Shown piece by piece: positions 29,505 through 38,587 of a stretch of DNA of 64,000 bases. Where the stretch lies: NCBI GenBank assembly GCA_965262715.1, contig OZ253553.1, positions 192,001 through 256,000 on the forward strand, given 5' to 3'. This stretch comes from Bdellovibrionales bacterium. Lineage in GTDB: Bacteria > Bdellovibrionota > Bdellovibrionia > Bdellovibrionales > JAUICD01. Under the pieces are notes generated by a model, which was not told the origin of the DNA, ran no database searches, and worked only from the letters and a program-made list of their open reading frames with translations. Position 1 is the first letter of the stretch; every line of letters starts with the position of its first letter. Both the position numbers and the translations under genes were made by a program.

Positions 29505-30560
29505 TTAAATATTAAGAGCCTTGATAATGTGTTCATGTATTAAAGGACGTAAAGCAACAAACCTTTTGTTTTCAGTATTGGGACACGTTCTATTTGACAG
29601 TAAAACAACAGTAAGATCTTTTATCGGATCAAACCAGAAAGAGGTGCCTGAAAAACCTGTATGTCCAAAAGAGGCTTTTGAAAAATACCTACCGCAACCA
29701 GATATTTTATTTGCTGGATAAGGTTTCATAAAACCTAAAGCAAAGATTTTTTTAGATTGAGTGAATGTTTGAAGAGTTTTTTGGCAAATTGGCTGATTGA
29801 CTTTTCCATAAAAAATATCCCTTAACTTCAATATCCACAAACATGTATCGTTCAAACTACTAAAAAGCCCCGCATGAGGAGCTATCCCGCTCAATGCATA
29901 AGTATTTTCATCGCTCACCTGACCACAAATTTGCTTTTTCCTCCAATTGCAATATTGAGTTGGCGCATAGTTACTTGCTTTGTGTTTTAAAATATTATCA
30001 ATATTGAAGTGAGTTTCTTTTAAATTAAATGCTTCTTGAACTTTTTTCCAAGAAAACAAAAGAGGTCTGCTCTCTAAATATTCTAAAGCCATCCCTAAAA
30101 GTAAAAAACCCACATCACTGTAGACACTTGATATAGGTTTTGAACGAGGTTTTTGAAAAGAAGGTTCAGATCGAATTTTTTTTTGCAACCAAATCCACTT
30201 ATCTTCTCTAGAAAGGTCTTGTGGGATACTCTTAAAGTAAGGTTTCCACCATACTGCTCCAGAAGTGTGATTGAGCAAATATTTAAACTGGTGAGATGAC
30301 TTAAACCATGGGATTGTTTTTTGAATCATATCATTTTCATGAAATATTTTGTTTTCTTTGAGCATCATTAAACGAGTGCTAGTTAGCATAGGTTTTGTGA
30401 TAGAAGCTAAATCATAAAAATGAGCTGTCTTACCATAAGAAAGATCAATGTGTTTTCTTCCCTTATAATAAACTCTTAAAAGAAGACCTGGAGTGGCTCT
30501 TTTTGTCTGCTTTTGGTCTAAAAACTGCAATATAGATTTTTCTAAAATTGTTGATTTCAT
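29505..30560 (-). CDS. Serine hydrolase (beta-lactamase class C-like)
   Basis: DLASITK (SxxK), YSD, GHTGFSG; likely ATG at 30560 overlapping the upstream stop (ATGA). Confidence 0.88.
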   Translation of the reverse strand: MKSTILEKSILQFLDQKQTKRATPGLLLRVYYKGRKHIDLSYGKTAHFYDLASITKPMLTSTRLMMLKENKIFHENDMIQKTIPWFKSSHQFKYLLNHTSGAVWWKPYFKSIPQDLSREDKWIWLQKKIRSEPSFQKPRSKPISSVYSDVGFLLLGMALEYLESRPLLFSWKKVQEAFNLKETHFNIDNILKHKASNYAPTQYCNWRKKQICGQVSDENTYALSGIAPHAGLFSSLNDTCLWILKLRDIFYGKVNQPICQKTLQTFTQSKKIFALGFMKPYPANKISGCGRYFSKASFGHTGFSGTSFWFDPIKDLTVVLLSNRTCPNTENKRFVALRPLIHEHIIKALNI

Positions 30561-31477
30561 TTTGCCCCTATATGACAAAGCATTTCCGCCTTTTTTGTAT
30601 TTGAACGAAGTGTACAAGGGGTATTGAAAGGGAGGAATCTTTGAAGACGACCGTGGCCACAAGGTAAGCCTTTAAACACAGGACAGTTGAGAGATGAAAA
30701 AAAATGAAGTAAAATGTGAGACATAAGAGATTGATGCTCTTCTTTATTTAAAAAATCTCCTAAAACAATAGCTTTAACTCCCTGAAATACTCCAGCTAAG
30801 AGAAAGTGGTGTAGCATACGATCTACTCGATAAGCTCTCTCACCAACCTCTTCAAGAAACAAGATTTTATTTTTCGCTTTGACAGGCAAAGCAGTTCCAA
30901 TTATCGATTGTAGAGTCATAAGGTTTCCTCCCATGATAGGAGCCTTGATCATTTGTGTCTTTTTTGCAGGTGCGTTGAGTGGTTTTAAATGTTTATAATG
31001 TAAAGCAGTGGTTTTTCCTTTAAGAATCTCCATAAATTCTTTTCTTTCTCTAGGTGTTTGGTTGAGGCTTCCCAGGCGAGAGAGCATTGGTCCATGTAGG
31101 CTTGGCCAGCCCCATTTTTGATTCACAAAATAATGTAAAATAGAAATATCGCTTGATCCAATGAGTATTTTACAATGCTTAGGTTTTTTCCATTTTATCA
31201 AATATGGTAAAAGATGAAGACAGCCATATCCTCCTCGCAAACACAAAATGGCTTTAGAATCTTTTGCAAAAATAGCCTTTTTAAGGCCGTCTCTTCTAGA
31301 TATAAGATCGCTGGCGTAAATGAGGTCTTTTTTCAAGATGTTTTTTTGTAAACGTACAGTAAAGTCTTGATTTTCTAAGAAAACAACACCTTTTTCTATT
31401 TCAGATCGAAGAGTTGGCCATGCAGGAGCCACAATATCAATCAAATCTCCTTTTTGAAGTGTGTGCCAGAAATTCAA
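30557..31477 (-). CDS. ldcA: LD-carboxypeptidase (S66)
   Basis: RGGYG, GSSDIS, GGNL, LFLEEVGE, CGHG. Confidence 0.88.
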   Translation of the reverse strand: MNFWHTLQKGDLIDIVAPAWPTLRSEIEKGVVFLENQDFTVRLQKNILKKDLIYASDLISRRDGLKKAIFAKDSKAILCLRGGYGCLHLLPYLIKWKKPKHCKILIGSSDISILHYFVNQKWGWPSLHGPMLSRLGSLNQTPRERKEFMEILKGKTTALHYKHLKPLNAPAKKTQMIKAPIMGGNLMTLQSIIGTALPVKAKNKILFLEEVGERAYRVDRMLHHFLLAGVFQGVKAIVLGDFLNKEEHQSLMSHILLHFFSSLNCPVFKGLPCGHGRLQRFLPFNTPCTLRSNTKKAEMLCHIGAK

Positions 31478-32082
31478 ATGAAGCCTCTAGTAAATAGCCT
31501 AATGAGTAAGAAGATCACACAACCCCAAAGAAAAATAACAAACCATTTCAAGTTTGAGATTTGCTTTTTAAGTAGTTTCATCTGATCTGAGTTCTGATTT
31601 GATTCTTTATTTGTCTTTTCTATGAAATTCATTGTGCCTAATGAATAAGTCAAATTATTTCGTATTTTATAAACAGGTTCAGAAATATTCGCTAGCTCAT
31701 TATTATCTTGTAAATCACCTTCTTTTAAATTAGAAACAGCATTGGAATGATCTAGGTCCTCAGATACAATAGATTTTGTAGGGGAATTAAGAGATTGACT
31801 GTTCTGATGATTTGCCTTTTTACTGTGAATATGAATAAGCCATTCAAGCGCGCGGTAAAAATGTGGAGGAGCCCCTTGTGGAGATTTTGTCCATCTTGTC
31901 CAAGCAGAAGGATTGACTAAAAGTATCTGACAGATCTGCCTACGACTCATACCTAAATTTGTACGGATGCCTTCTAGATCACCTAACCTCTCCTTGATCT
32001 TTTGAACTTGAGAAGCATAAAAAAGCCCATAACTTCCTTGTCCTTTAGATGTTCTACTGCTTGTTGCATAAGTTTCTGTCAT
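31474..32082 (-). CDS. Hypothetical protein with HTH-like N-terminus and C-terminal TM helix
   Basis: IRTNLGMSRRQICQILLVNPSAWTRW; hydrophobic C-terminus. Confidence 0.6.
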   Translation of the reverse strand: MTETYATSSRTSKGQGSYGLFYASQVQKIKERLGDLEGIRTNLGMSRRQICQILLVNPSAWTRWTKSPQGAPPHFYRALEWLIHIHSKKANHQNSQSLNSPTKSIVSEDLDHSNAVSNLKEGDLQDNNELANISEPVYKIRNNLTYSLGTMNFIEKTNKESNQNSDQMKLLKKQISNLKWFVIFLWGCVIFLLIRLFTRGFI

Positions 32083-32447
32083 AAAATAAAGTCCATTTAT
32101 CAGATCAGTAATGAATATTTTATCTTATTTCCATTATCTTGGCATATACTTTAGTCAGCTGGCAAGTCTTATTGACTTTAGTTTTTGTACCACTTTGAGT
32201 TCTGATCATCTGTTATTTTTTCACTCTAGCAATCAGTTTTTTCTAGTTTACCATCTTGTTGGTATGTTCATCTGCCGAGTTCTCAGATCATCTAGATTCT
32301 AGATAAAAAAATCTTAATTTATCAATAAAATCATTTTTAAAAAAGCTAAATTTTTTAAGAATAATAGACTTAATATCTTTGCAATAAGGCTGTGTACTAT
32401 TAGAGTTATATTTTGAGGTCAGTTTTTAAGTTAAATTGACTTTAAAT

Positions 32448-33419
32448 TTAAGAAACTTCAAAACCTATACCAAGAATAACATAGAAGGAAGAGAGGTTAG
32501 CTTTCATACTTGGAATAGGTACTCCATAACCTGACCTGTATGGACCTCCTGAGTTGATATCTATATTGATTCCATTTGAAGGTGGCTGCTGCTGCTCTAA
32601 TCCAAAACTACTATTACCACCTCTTGCAGACATAGATGTCTTCATATCATAAAATGAATAAAGACTATAACCAGCCTCGAGCTTCATTAAAAAACCACTT
32701 GTTGATTTAAAACCAATCTCTAGAGCGGCTTGACCTGTTCCGACCCAGTTTGAGGCCTTAAATTCAGTGCCAATATTAAAAGCACCACTGGGAGGATAGT
32801 TATTTGGACGGCTATCTAGTTGAACATTCACACCATCTTGTTGTTGCAATTCTTGCTGTGGTGAAAATGCTGCTGTTGATAAACCAGCTTGGAGGCCAAT
32901 TATAGCATGTCTAAAAACATCTATTGACAAAACAGCTCCAATAAAAGGGCCACTGTCTTTATTGTTAAACATATGTCGATAATTTATCAGGAAAGCTACA
33001 CGATGGGCATTCAATTTAGGATTTAAACTAAAAAAGAGAACAGTTTGTTCTTCAGAGGCATGCATGTACTGGTATCTTATCCCTATACCTAATCCTTTTA
33101 TTGTTGGTATTCTATAAATAATATCCCCGCCAATAATCCATGGCATTTTTTCCCCTAGTCTCTGTGGAGCTATGTAATTATCACTATATGAGTCTTGATA
33201 ACCATGGTTGTTATAACCACTACTGTAATTAGAATTGCAATTGATGTTGTCATTACCACCATTTTGATATGGACTTCCTGTACTACTACTATCCATCCCT
33301 AGACATAATCCCTTACGAGTATTTTTACCTCCATAAACAGTGATTTCCATATTGGCATAAGCTAAGTTTGAAAACCCACACAGTAATATAAAAAAACAAA
33401 GCTGTAGAAACTTTCTCAT
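32448..33419 (-). CDS. Putative outer-membrane beta-barrel protein
   Basis: Signal peptide AYA, alternating amphipathic strands, C-terminal YVILGIGF. Confidence 0.65.
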   Translation of the reverse strand: MRKFLQLCFFILLCGFSNLAYANMEITVYGGKNTRKGLCLGMDSSSTGSPYQNGGNDNINCNSNYSSGYNNHGYQDSYSDNYIAPQRLGEKMPWIIGGDIIYRIPTIKGLGIGIRYQYMHASEEQTVLFFSLNPKLNAHRVAFLINYRHMFNNKDSGPFIGAVLSIDVFRHAIIGLQAGLSTAAFSPQQELQQQDGVNVQLDSRPNNYPPSGAFNIGTEFKASNWVGTGQAALEIGFKSTSGFLMKLEAGYSLYSFYDMKTSMSARGGNSSFGLEQQQPPSNGINIDINSGGPYRSGYGVPIPSMKANLSSFYVILGIGFEVS

Positions 33420-33534
33420 ATCTTCTATTTTAATGGGTTTTTAACAAAAATAGAATGCTTTTAACTTGTTGATTAAAAAATAGACTGGACAAAAATCCAT
33501 ATAAATAGGTTATAGTTGAAATTCTTTAGGCTTT

Positions 33535-33574
33535 AGTACTACATAATGACTTATTTTGCTGAAGCCATCTTTTT
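33535..33574. repeat. 40-bp direct repeat, copy 1 (copy 2 at 33872-33911)
   Basis: AGTACTACATAATGACTTATTTTGCTGAAGCCATCTTTTT is identical at both sites. Confidence 0.95.
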
Positions 33575-33722
33575 TCACTAAAATGCATCTCGCCGCTGGC
33601 GACTTTCTGGTAGTCAGCTCAGGCGGTTCACATCGTCAGCAAATAGCTGACTACCTAGAAAGCCTGCTGCATTTTAGTAAACGAGATACTCCTCATTGGT
33701 TAATATCATATTAAGGAAATTG
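33573..33722 (+). repeat. Family A branched-hairpin repeat
   Basis: ACTAAAATGCA-TCGCCGCTGGCGA-CTTTCT-GGTAGTCAGCT..CAAATAGCTGACTACC-TAGAAAG..TGCATTTTAGT plus tail TATTAAGGAAAT. Confidence 0.9.
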
Positions 33723-33862
33723 TCTATGTCTATATATAAACGTTTGTACCTATTGCTTCTAATTAACTTTTTGTTTTTAAAGTCGTCTTTTCGGGACCTG
33801 GCAAGCCGGGAGTCCGGCAATCCGGCAGTCTGGGGTAAAAGAGAAAAAAATTATGAAAAACT

Positions 33863-34324
33863 TCAAAATTCAGTACTACATAATGACTTATTTTGCTGAA
33901 GCCATCTTTTTAAAGCGTTCTCTGTTTTTCCTTTAGGATAAATCTTTCCTCTTGGATTATTGATTAACTCTTTGTTTGTAAAATCTTCTATTAATGGGCC
34001 ATCTTCAGAATACAACAACCTTGCTCCACTCACTTTTGCTAAAGCAATAATATGTGGATCATTTGACTTAAGTTTCTCTTTTTTTAAATTGTTTATTGCT
34101 TTATTGATGTTTTCATTTTCTTTTTTTAATAATGATCCGTCGTTTATCGCCACAGATGCCCACCTTTTTAAATCGTCTTTATTAAAAAGTTCCTTTGTAA
34201 GTTTTCCACCAATAATTAAAGGTCTTTTTGGAGTGATCCAATCGAAAAATATCTTTCCAGAGGGAGGTTGCTTTTTTAGATTAAAAACCTCATGTGCTAC
34301 ATTAGCATCACAAATAGCACACAT
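33863..34324 (-). CDS. PIN-domain-like putative ribonuclease
   Basis: N-terminal AICDANV (hhhDxN), NDPHIIALA, LLYSED acidic tetrad pattern. Confidence 0.7.
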   Translation of the reverse strand: MCAICDANVAHEVFNLKKQPPSGKIFFDWITPKRPLIIGGKLTKELFNKDDLKRWASVAINDGSLLKKENENINKAINNLKKEKLKSNDPHIIALAKVSGARLLYSEDGPLIEDFTNKELINNPRGKIYPKGKTENALKRWLQQNKSLCSTEF

Positions 34325-34327
34325 TAT

Positions 34328-35695
34328 TTAAATTCCTATAGAGCGATTGGTTTCTTTTTTAAAAAACTCTCGATAACATTCAGGAGCCTTTAAAACATTG
34401 CCCTCTTGATCTATCTCTATAGAATGAATGTTTACACTTGAATCTTTACGCTCAAAAAATAAAATAGACACATCTTTAGGTTTTAATTTTGTTTTTTTAT
34501 CCCTTACATCCATACGGATCCGATCCATCAAATGATCACTATGTGTCTCTATCAGGAGTTGTTTTTCCTTCTCTGCAACCTGACAAAACAGACTTCCAAG
34601 AGCTGCTTGAGCAGATGGATGCAAATGTACCTCTGGCTGTTGTAATAAAAATAAAGAAGGGGCATTTTCATATAATAGCTCTGTGATTACAGGTAAAACT
34701 TGACTGACTCCATAACCTACATCAATAAGATTTCGCTTTGGGCCTTTCTTTTTTCCAAATTTTCTAATTTGAATTTCAAAAGGGTTGCTGCCTGTTTTTC
34801 CATGTTGTTTGATAGATATCTCATCAAACAGACCAGATTGTTTTCCAAAATCTTCAAGCTGTTCTTTAAGCTTTTCCCATTTGTTAGGATACTGTGAAAA
34901 AAGCTCTGCAAGATACATAGGAATACCTTCTCCTTCAGGGTCTCTTTTTGCTCGTCGAGAATCATATGATCTTTGGGGCTTGGAACGCACAGGAGCACTG
35001 GCGTAGGGACGTTTATAATGATGAAGAAACTTGTGAGCAGTAGACATAAGCCATTTAAGCTGTTTGAAGTCTTCATCAAAGTGTTTCTTAAATGTAGATT
35101 TCCATTCAATCATTGGAAATAACATTAATAGACCAGGACTACTAAATAAACCCCGTTTAAGTAAGCCAGTAAAAAACTCCTTTAACGCTGGATCTTTATC
35201 CTTATTTTTAGTATTTTTAGGGTTATCTAACATTTTATCATCAATTTTCCGAGTGCCATTATTTGTATGAAATTTTAAACTTCCTTGTTGAAGGTTGGAT
35301 TCCAACCAAATATCTTTTTCTTTATGAGAAATATGTTCTTTTAAAGGAAGTGGGTGAACACTGTTAGGTTTTTTCTTTCCAAAGGTTAAATCCATACTCA
35401 TAATTTCTTTGTGATCACTCAGGATAAATCCTGTTTCAAAACTATCTGGTTTTTTCTCTCCCTTTTTGCCATTTTGATGATGGATTATTTCCTCAAAAGT
35501 TCCTAAATCATAAGGTTCTTCTTTAAAGTTAGGATCTCTACCATGAACAGTGTCCATAAGTATACGGAGCATAGCCATAAAAGATGTTTTGCCAGTGCTG
35601 TTTTCTCCCATAAGAAGGGTAAGAGGTGCTAAACGCACTTTCTGTACATCTCGAAAACAACGAAAGTTTTTGAGTGTGACTTCACTTATAAACAT
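34328..35695 (-). CDS. ABC-fold AAA_15/AAA_21 ATPase, DUF3696-like C-terminus
   Basis: LKNFRCF, Walker A GENSTGKTS, signature VGYGVSQ, LLQQPEVHLHP, ETHS. Confidence 0.88.
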   Translation of the reverse strand: MFISEVTLKNFRCFRDVQKVRLAPLTLLMGENSTGKTSFMAMLRILMDTVHGRDPNFKEEPYDLGTFEEIIHHQNGKKGEKKPDSFETGFILSDHKEIMSMDLTFGKKKPNSVHPLPLKEHISHKEKDIWLESNLQQGSLKFHTNNGTRKIDDKMLDNPKNTKNKDKDPALKEFFTGLLKRGLFSSPGLLMLFPMIEWKSTFKKHFDEDFKQLKWLMSTAHKFLHHYKRPYASAPVRSKPQRSYDSRRAKRDPEGEGIPMYLAELFSQYPNKWEKLKEQLEDFGKQSGLFDEISIKQHGKTGSNPFEIQIRKFGKKKGPKRNLIDVGYGVSQVLPVITELLYENAPSLFLLQQPEVHLHPSAQAALGSLFCQVAEKEKQLLIETHSDHLMDRIRMDVRDKKTKLKPKDVSILFFERKDSSVNIHSIEIDQEGNVLKAPECYREFFKKETNRSIGI

Positions 35696-35747
35696 GTATG
35701 TTTTACCTTTACTTTCTTCTAAAAAGATAATGATTTATAACAAATAA

Positions 35748-35847
35748 TATCTGATGTTTATGGTAAAAGGCGAGTTCTTCCGCAGATGGATTGCTCAGAT
35801 AAGCAATCCATCGAGGACTACGAGCCTTTAGCATAAACATCAAGATT
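35748..35847. repeat. Family C RPE-like palindromic element
   Basis: TGATGTTTATG..CGAGTTCTTCCGCA-GATGGATTGCT/AGCAATCCATC-GAGGACTACGAG..CATAAACATCA; second copy at 38382. Confidence 0.85.
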
Positions 35848-35853
35848 TCAGTT

Positions 35854-38055
35854 TCAAAGCTTTTTCTCTGTTCGTTCTGTGGCTTTAGAAATATCTTCTT
35901 TTTTATCCTTCTTATCTTTGTCTTCATTTTTCTCTGTATCTTCCTCTACATCAGATGGTTGATCGTCTGTATCAGACGCATTGACAATAGATTTTTTTGT
36001 ATTGGCTTTATTTTTCTTTCTGGCAATCTTTGACTTAACTGAAGACTTCTCTTTTATCTGTTTATTTATTTCTTTACCTTCTTTACCTTTTTTACTTTCT
36101 TTGTCTTCATTCGTTTTACTCTTATCTCCTTTTTTGTCTTCCTTCTTCTCCTTATCCTCTTTGCTTTTTTTATGCTTTTTGTTCTCTGCTGCAAGTCCTT
36201 TTTGACGTTTGTTCCTTAAATCTTCGATATCTTTTAAGGCACGTCCTTCCATGATCATGCTCACTTCTTCACCGTCTAGGGTTTCTTTTTCTAATAAAGC
36301 TTCTGCTAAATCATGCAAAATCTTAACGTTGTCTTTTAGAATCTCTTGAGCTTTCTTGTGGCCGTCTGTAATAAACTTTGTAACTTCCTCATCAATTTTT
36401 TGAGCTGTTGCATCAGAATAGTCCTTCTCATTTTTGGTCTGCATACCTAAAAAGACAGGCCCTTCTCTTTTTTCAAAAGTCAATGGGCCTAAGCTTTCAC
36501 TCATACCCCACTCACAAACCATTCTTCTTGCGATCTCTGTCGCTCTTTCAATATCGTTGCCTGCTCCAGTTGTATAATCTTCAAAAATTAACTCCTCAGC
36601 TGCACGCCCACCAAATAAAAAGGCAATCATATTGTGTGCCTTTTGCTTTGTCATATTTAAACGCTCTTCCTCTGGAAGAGTTTGAGTGACTCCTAAAGCC
36701 ATTCCACGCGGAATAATGGTCACCTTGTGAATAGGATCTGTTCCTGGAATAATTGTTCCAACAAGTGTATGACCAGCTTCATGATACGCTGTGATCTTTC
36801 TATCCTCCTCACTAATAGTCATAGATCTTCGCTCTGAGCCCATAAGAACTTTATCTTTAGCATGTTCAAGGTCATCCATGTCCACAATGTTTTTATTTCT
36901 GCGAGCAGCAAGTAGTGCCGCCTCATTCACTAAGCTTCTTAAATCAGCCCCTGAAAAGCCAGGAGTTCCCTTAGCAATAACATTTAAATCAACTTCCTCA
37001 GAAGTTGGTACCTTGCGACTATGCACTTCTAATATTTTTTTCCTTCCCTTAATATCAGGTTTTCCAACAATAACCCGACGGTCAAATCGTCCTGGCCTTA
37101 ATAATGCCGGATCTAAAACGTCCGGACGGTTTGTAGCAGCAATAAGAATCACACCCTCTGTACTCTCAAAACCATCCATCTCAACTAAAAGCTGATTGAG
37201 AGTCTGCTCCCTCTCATCATGACCTCCACCCATGCCCGCGCCACGATGTCGACCAACAGCATCAATCTCATCTATAAAAACAATACAAGGCGCATTCTTT
37301 TTGCCCTGCTCAAAAAGATCTCGCACCCGTGAAGCGCCCACACCTACAAACATCTCTACAAAATCAGAACCTGAAATAGTAAAAAAAGGAACTTCCGCCT
37401 CTCCAGCAACAGCCCTTGCAAGTAAAGTCTTACCCGTCCCCGGTGAGCCTATCAGTAAAACCCCTTTAGGTATTTTGCCTCCTAGCTGAGTGAACTTTTT
37501 AGGCTCCTTCAAAAATGCTATGATCTCCTCTAATTCCTCTTTTGCTTCATCAACCCCTGCAACATCTTTGAAAGTAACAGTGTTTTTATTTTCTGTGAGC
37601 AATCGAGCTTTGCTCTTACCAAAACTCATAGCTTTACCACCACCAGCTTGAAGTTGCCGGAAAAAGAAAAAGAAAAAGAAAATAATTACAAGGATAGGAA
37701 GCCAACTGATCAACAAGCTTTGAATAAAAGAGTCATTGTCAGATCGGTCATAACTTGGAATAAGACCATTATCTTTTACAAATTTAAAAGACTCATCCCC
37801 CGTTGACCCGTAAATTTTAAATTCATCACCTTTATACTTTTCCTTAAATGCAGGTTTGACCATACCAGAAATTTGACCCGTCTTCTCATTAAAAAGGACA
37901 CTCTCGATCTCTTGATTTTCAATGGCTGTATAAAATTTTTCGTAACTAAAATCAGGAATCTTGTTTTGAGATTCCTGAGCATAAAATTGAAACATTAAAA
38001 CAACAGCTAGAACAAGAACTAACCAAATAGCAAGCGTCTTATATGGCAACTGCAA
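35854..38055 (-). CDS. ftsH: ATP-dependent zinc metalloprotease FtsH with a long charged C-terminal tail
   Basis: [40 protein letters not shown]. Confidence 0.98.
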   Translation of the reverse strand: MQLPYKTLAIWLVLVLAVVLMFQFYAQESQNKIPDFSYEKFYTAIENQEIESVLFNEKTGQISGMVKPAFKEKYKGDEFKIYGSTGDESFKFVKDNGLIPSYDRSDNDSFIQSLLISWLPILVIIFFFFFFFRQLQAGGGKAMSFGKSKARLLTENKNTVTFKDVAGVDEAKEELEEIIAFLKEPKKFTQLGGKIPKGVLLIGSPGTGKTLLARAVAGEAEVPFFTISGSDFVEMFVGVGASRVRDLFEQGKKNAPCIVFIDEIDAVGRHRGAGMGGGHDEREQTLNQLLVEMDGFESTEGVILIAATNRPDVLDPALLRPGRFDRRVIVGKPDIKGRKKILEVHSRKVPTSEEVDLNVIAKGTPGFSGADLRSLVNEAALLAARRNKNIVDMDDLEHAKDKVLMGSERRSMTISEEDRKITAYHEAGHTLVGTIIPGTDPIHKVTIIPRGMALGVTQTLPEEERLNMTKQKAHNMIAFLFGGRAAEELIFEDYTTGAGNDIERATEIARRMVCEWGMSESLGPLTFEKREGPVFLGMQTKNEKDYSDATAQKIDEEVTKFITDGHKKAQEILKDNVKILHDLAEALLEKETLDGEEVSMIMEGRALKDIEDLRNKRQKGLAAENKKHKKSKEDKEKKEDKKGDKSKTNEDKESKKGKEGKEINKQIKEKSSVKSKIARKKNKANTKKSIVNASDTDDQPSDVEEDTEKNEDKDKKDKKEDISKATERTEKKL

Positions 38056-38133
38056 AATTTATCCTTTCAGGTTAGAAAATAAATAAAACCCCTTAGTAAA
38101 CAATCCTTTAATAAATAAAATGAATCAGCCTTT

Positions 38134-38323
38134 GTATCACTCAAAATAAACTGGCCTCTTGAGGCGAACCTCTCGAGGCGAACCTCTCGAGGCGAGCCTC
38201 TGGCCATTTTTGGACAGTTAGCCTGAAGGTCTCTCGCCTTCAGGAAATGCTAACTGCCTCAAAAATCCGTTTATTTTGAGTAGAGAGACTTGCTTCATTG
38301 TTTAACATGATGTTAAGGAAAAT
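38134..38323 (+). repeat. Family A repeat with an internal 14-bp tandem expansion
   Basis: GTATCACTCAAAATAAAC..(GAGGCGAACCTCTC)x2-GAGGCGAGCCTC..GTTTATTTTGAGT..TGTTAAGGAAA. Confidence 0.9.
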
Positions 38324-38381
38324 CTCTTTCCAACTTCTCCCTCTTCAAATCACACCAAATCTTCTCATAGCAAGCTAAGAG

Positions 38382-38472
38382 TTGGTGTTTATGCCAAAAA
38401 AAGCGAGTTCTTCCGCAGGATAGTTGCAAAAGCAATTATCCGAGGACTACGAGTTTTTGGCATAAATACCAA
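38382..38472. repeat. Family C RPE-like palindromic element
   Basis: TTGGTGTTTATGCCAAAAA..CGAGTTCTTCCGCA-GGATAGTTGC/GCAATTATCC-GAGGACTACGAG..TTTTTGGCATAAATACCAA. Confidence 0.85.
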
Positions 38473-38587
38473 ATCATTGCCCCCCAAAGATTTTTCCCCT
38501 TGTTTTTCTAAAAAACAACACAACCTTTAACTCTTCCTATTCATCTCATCCACTTATACTATAACTATATCTTAATAATAACACAAT

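Noticed and set aside
33535..33911. 40-bp repeat as a DGR template/variable pair
   Set aside because: The copies are identical with no adenine-specific differences, too short, and there is no reverse transcriptase in the window
35709..35927. 72-aa ORF overlapping the ftsH end
   Set aside because: Alternative frame of the ftsH tail running through the family C palindrome; no independent coding evidence
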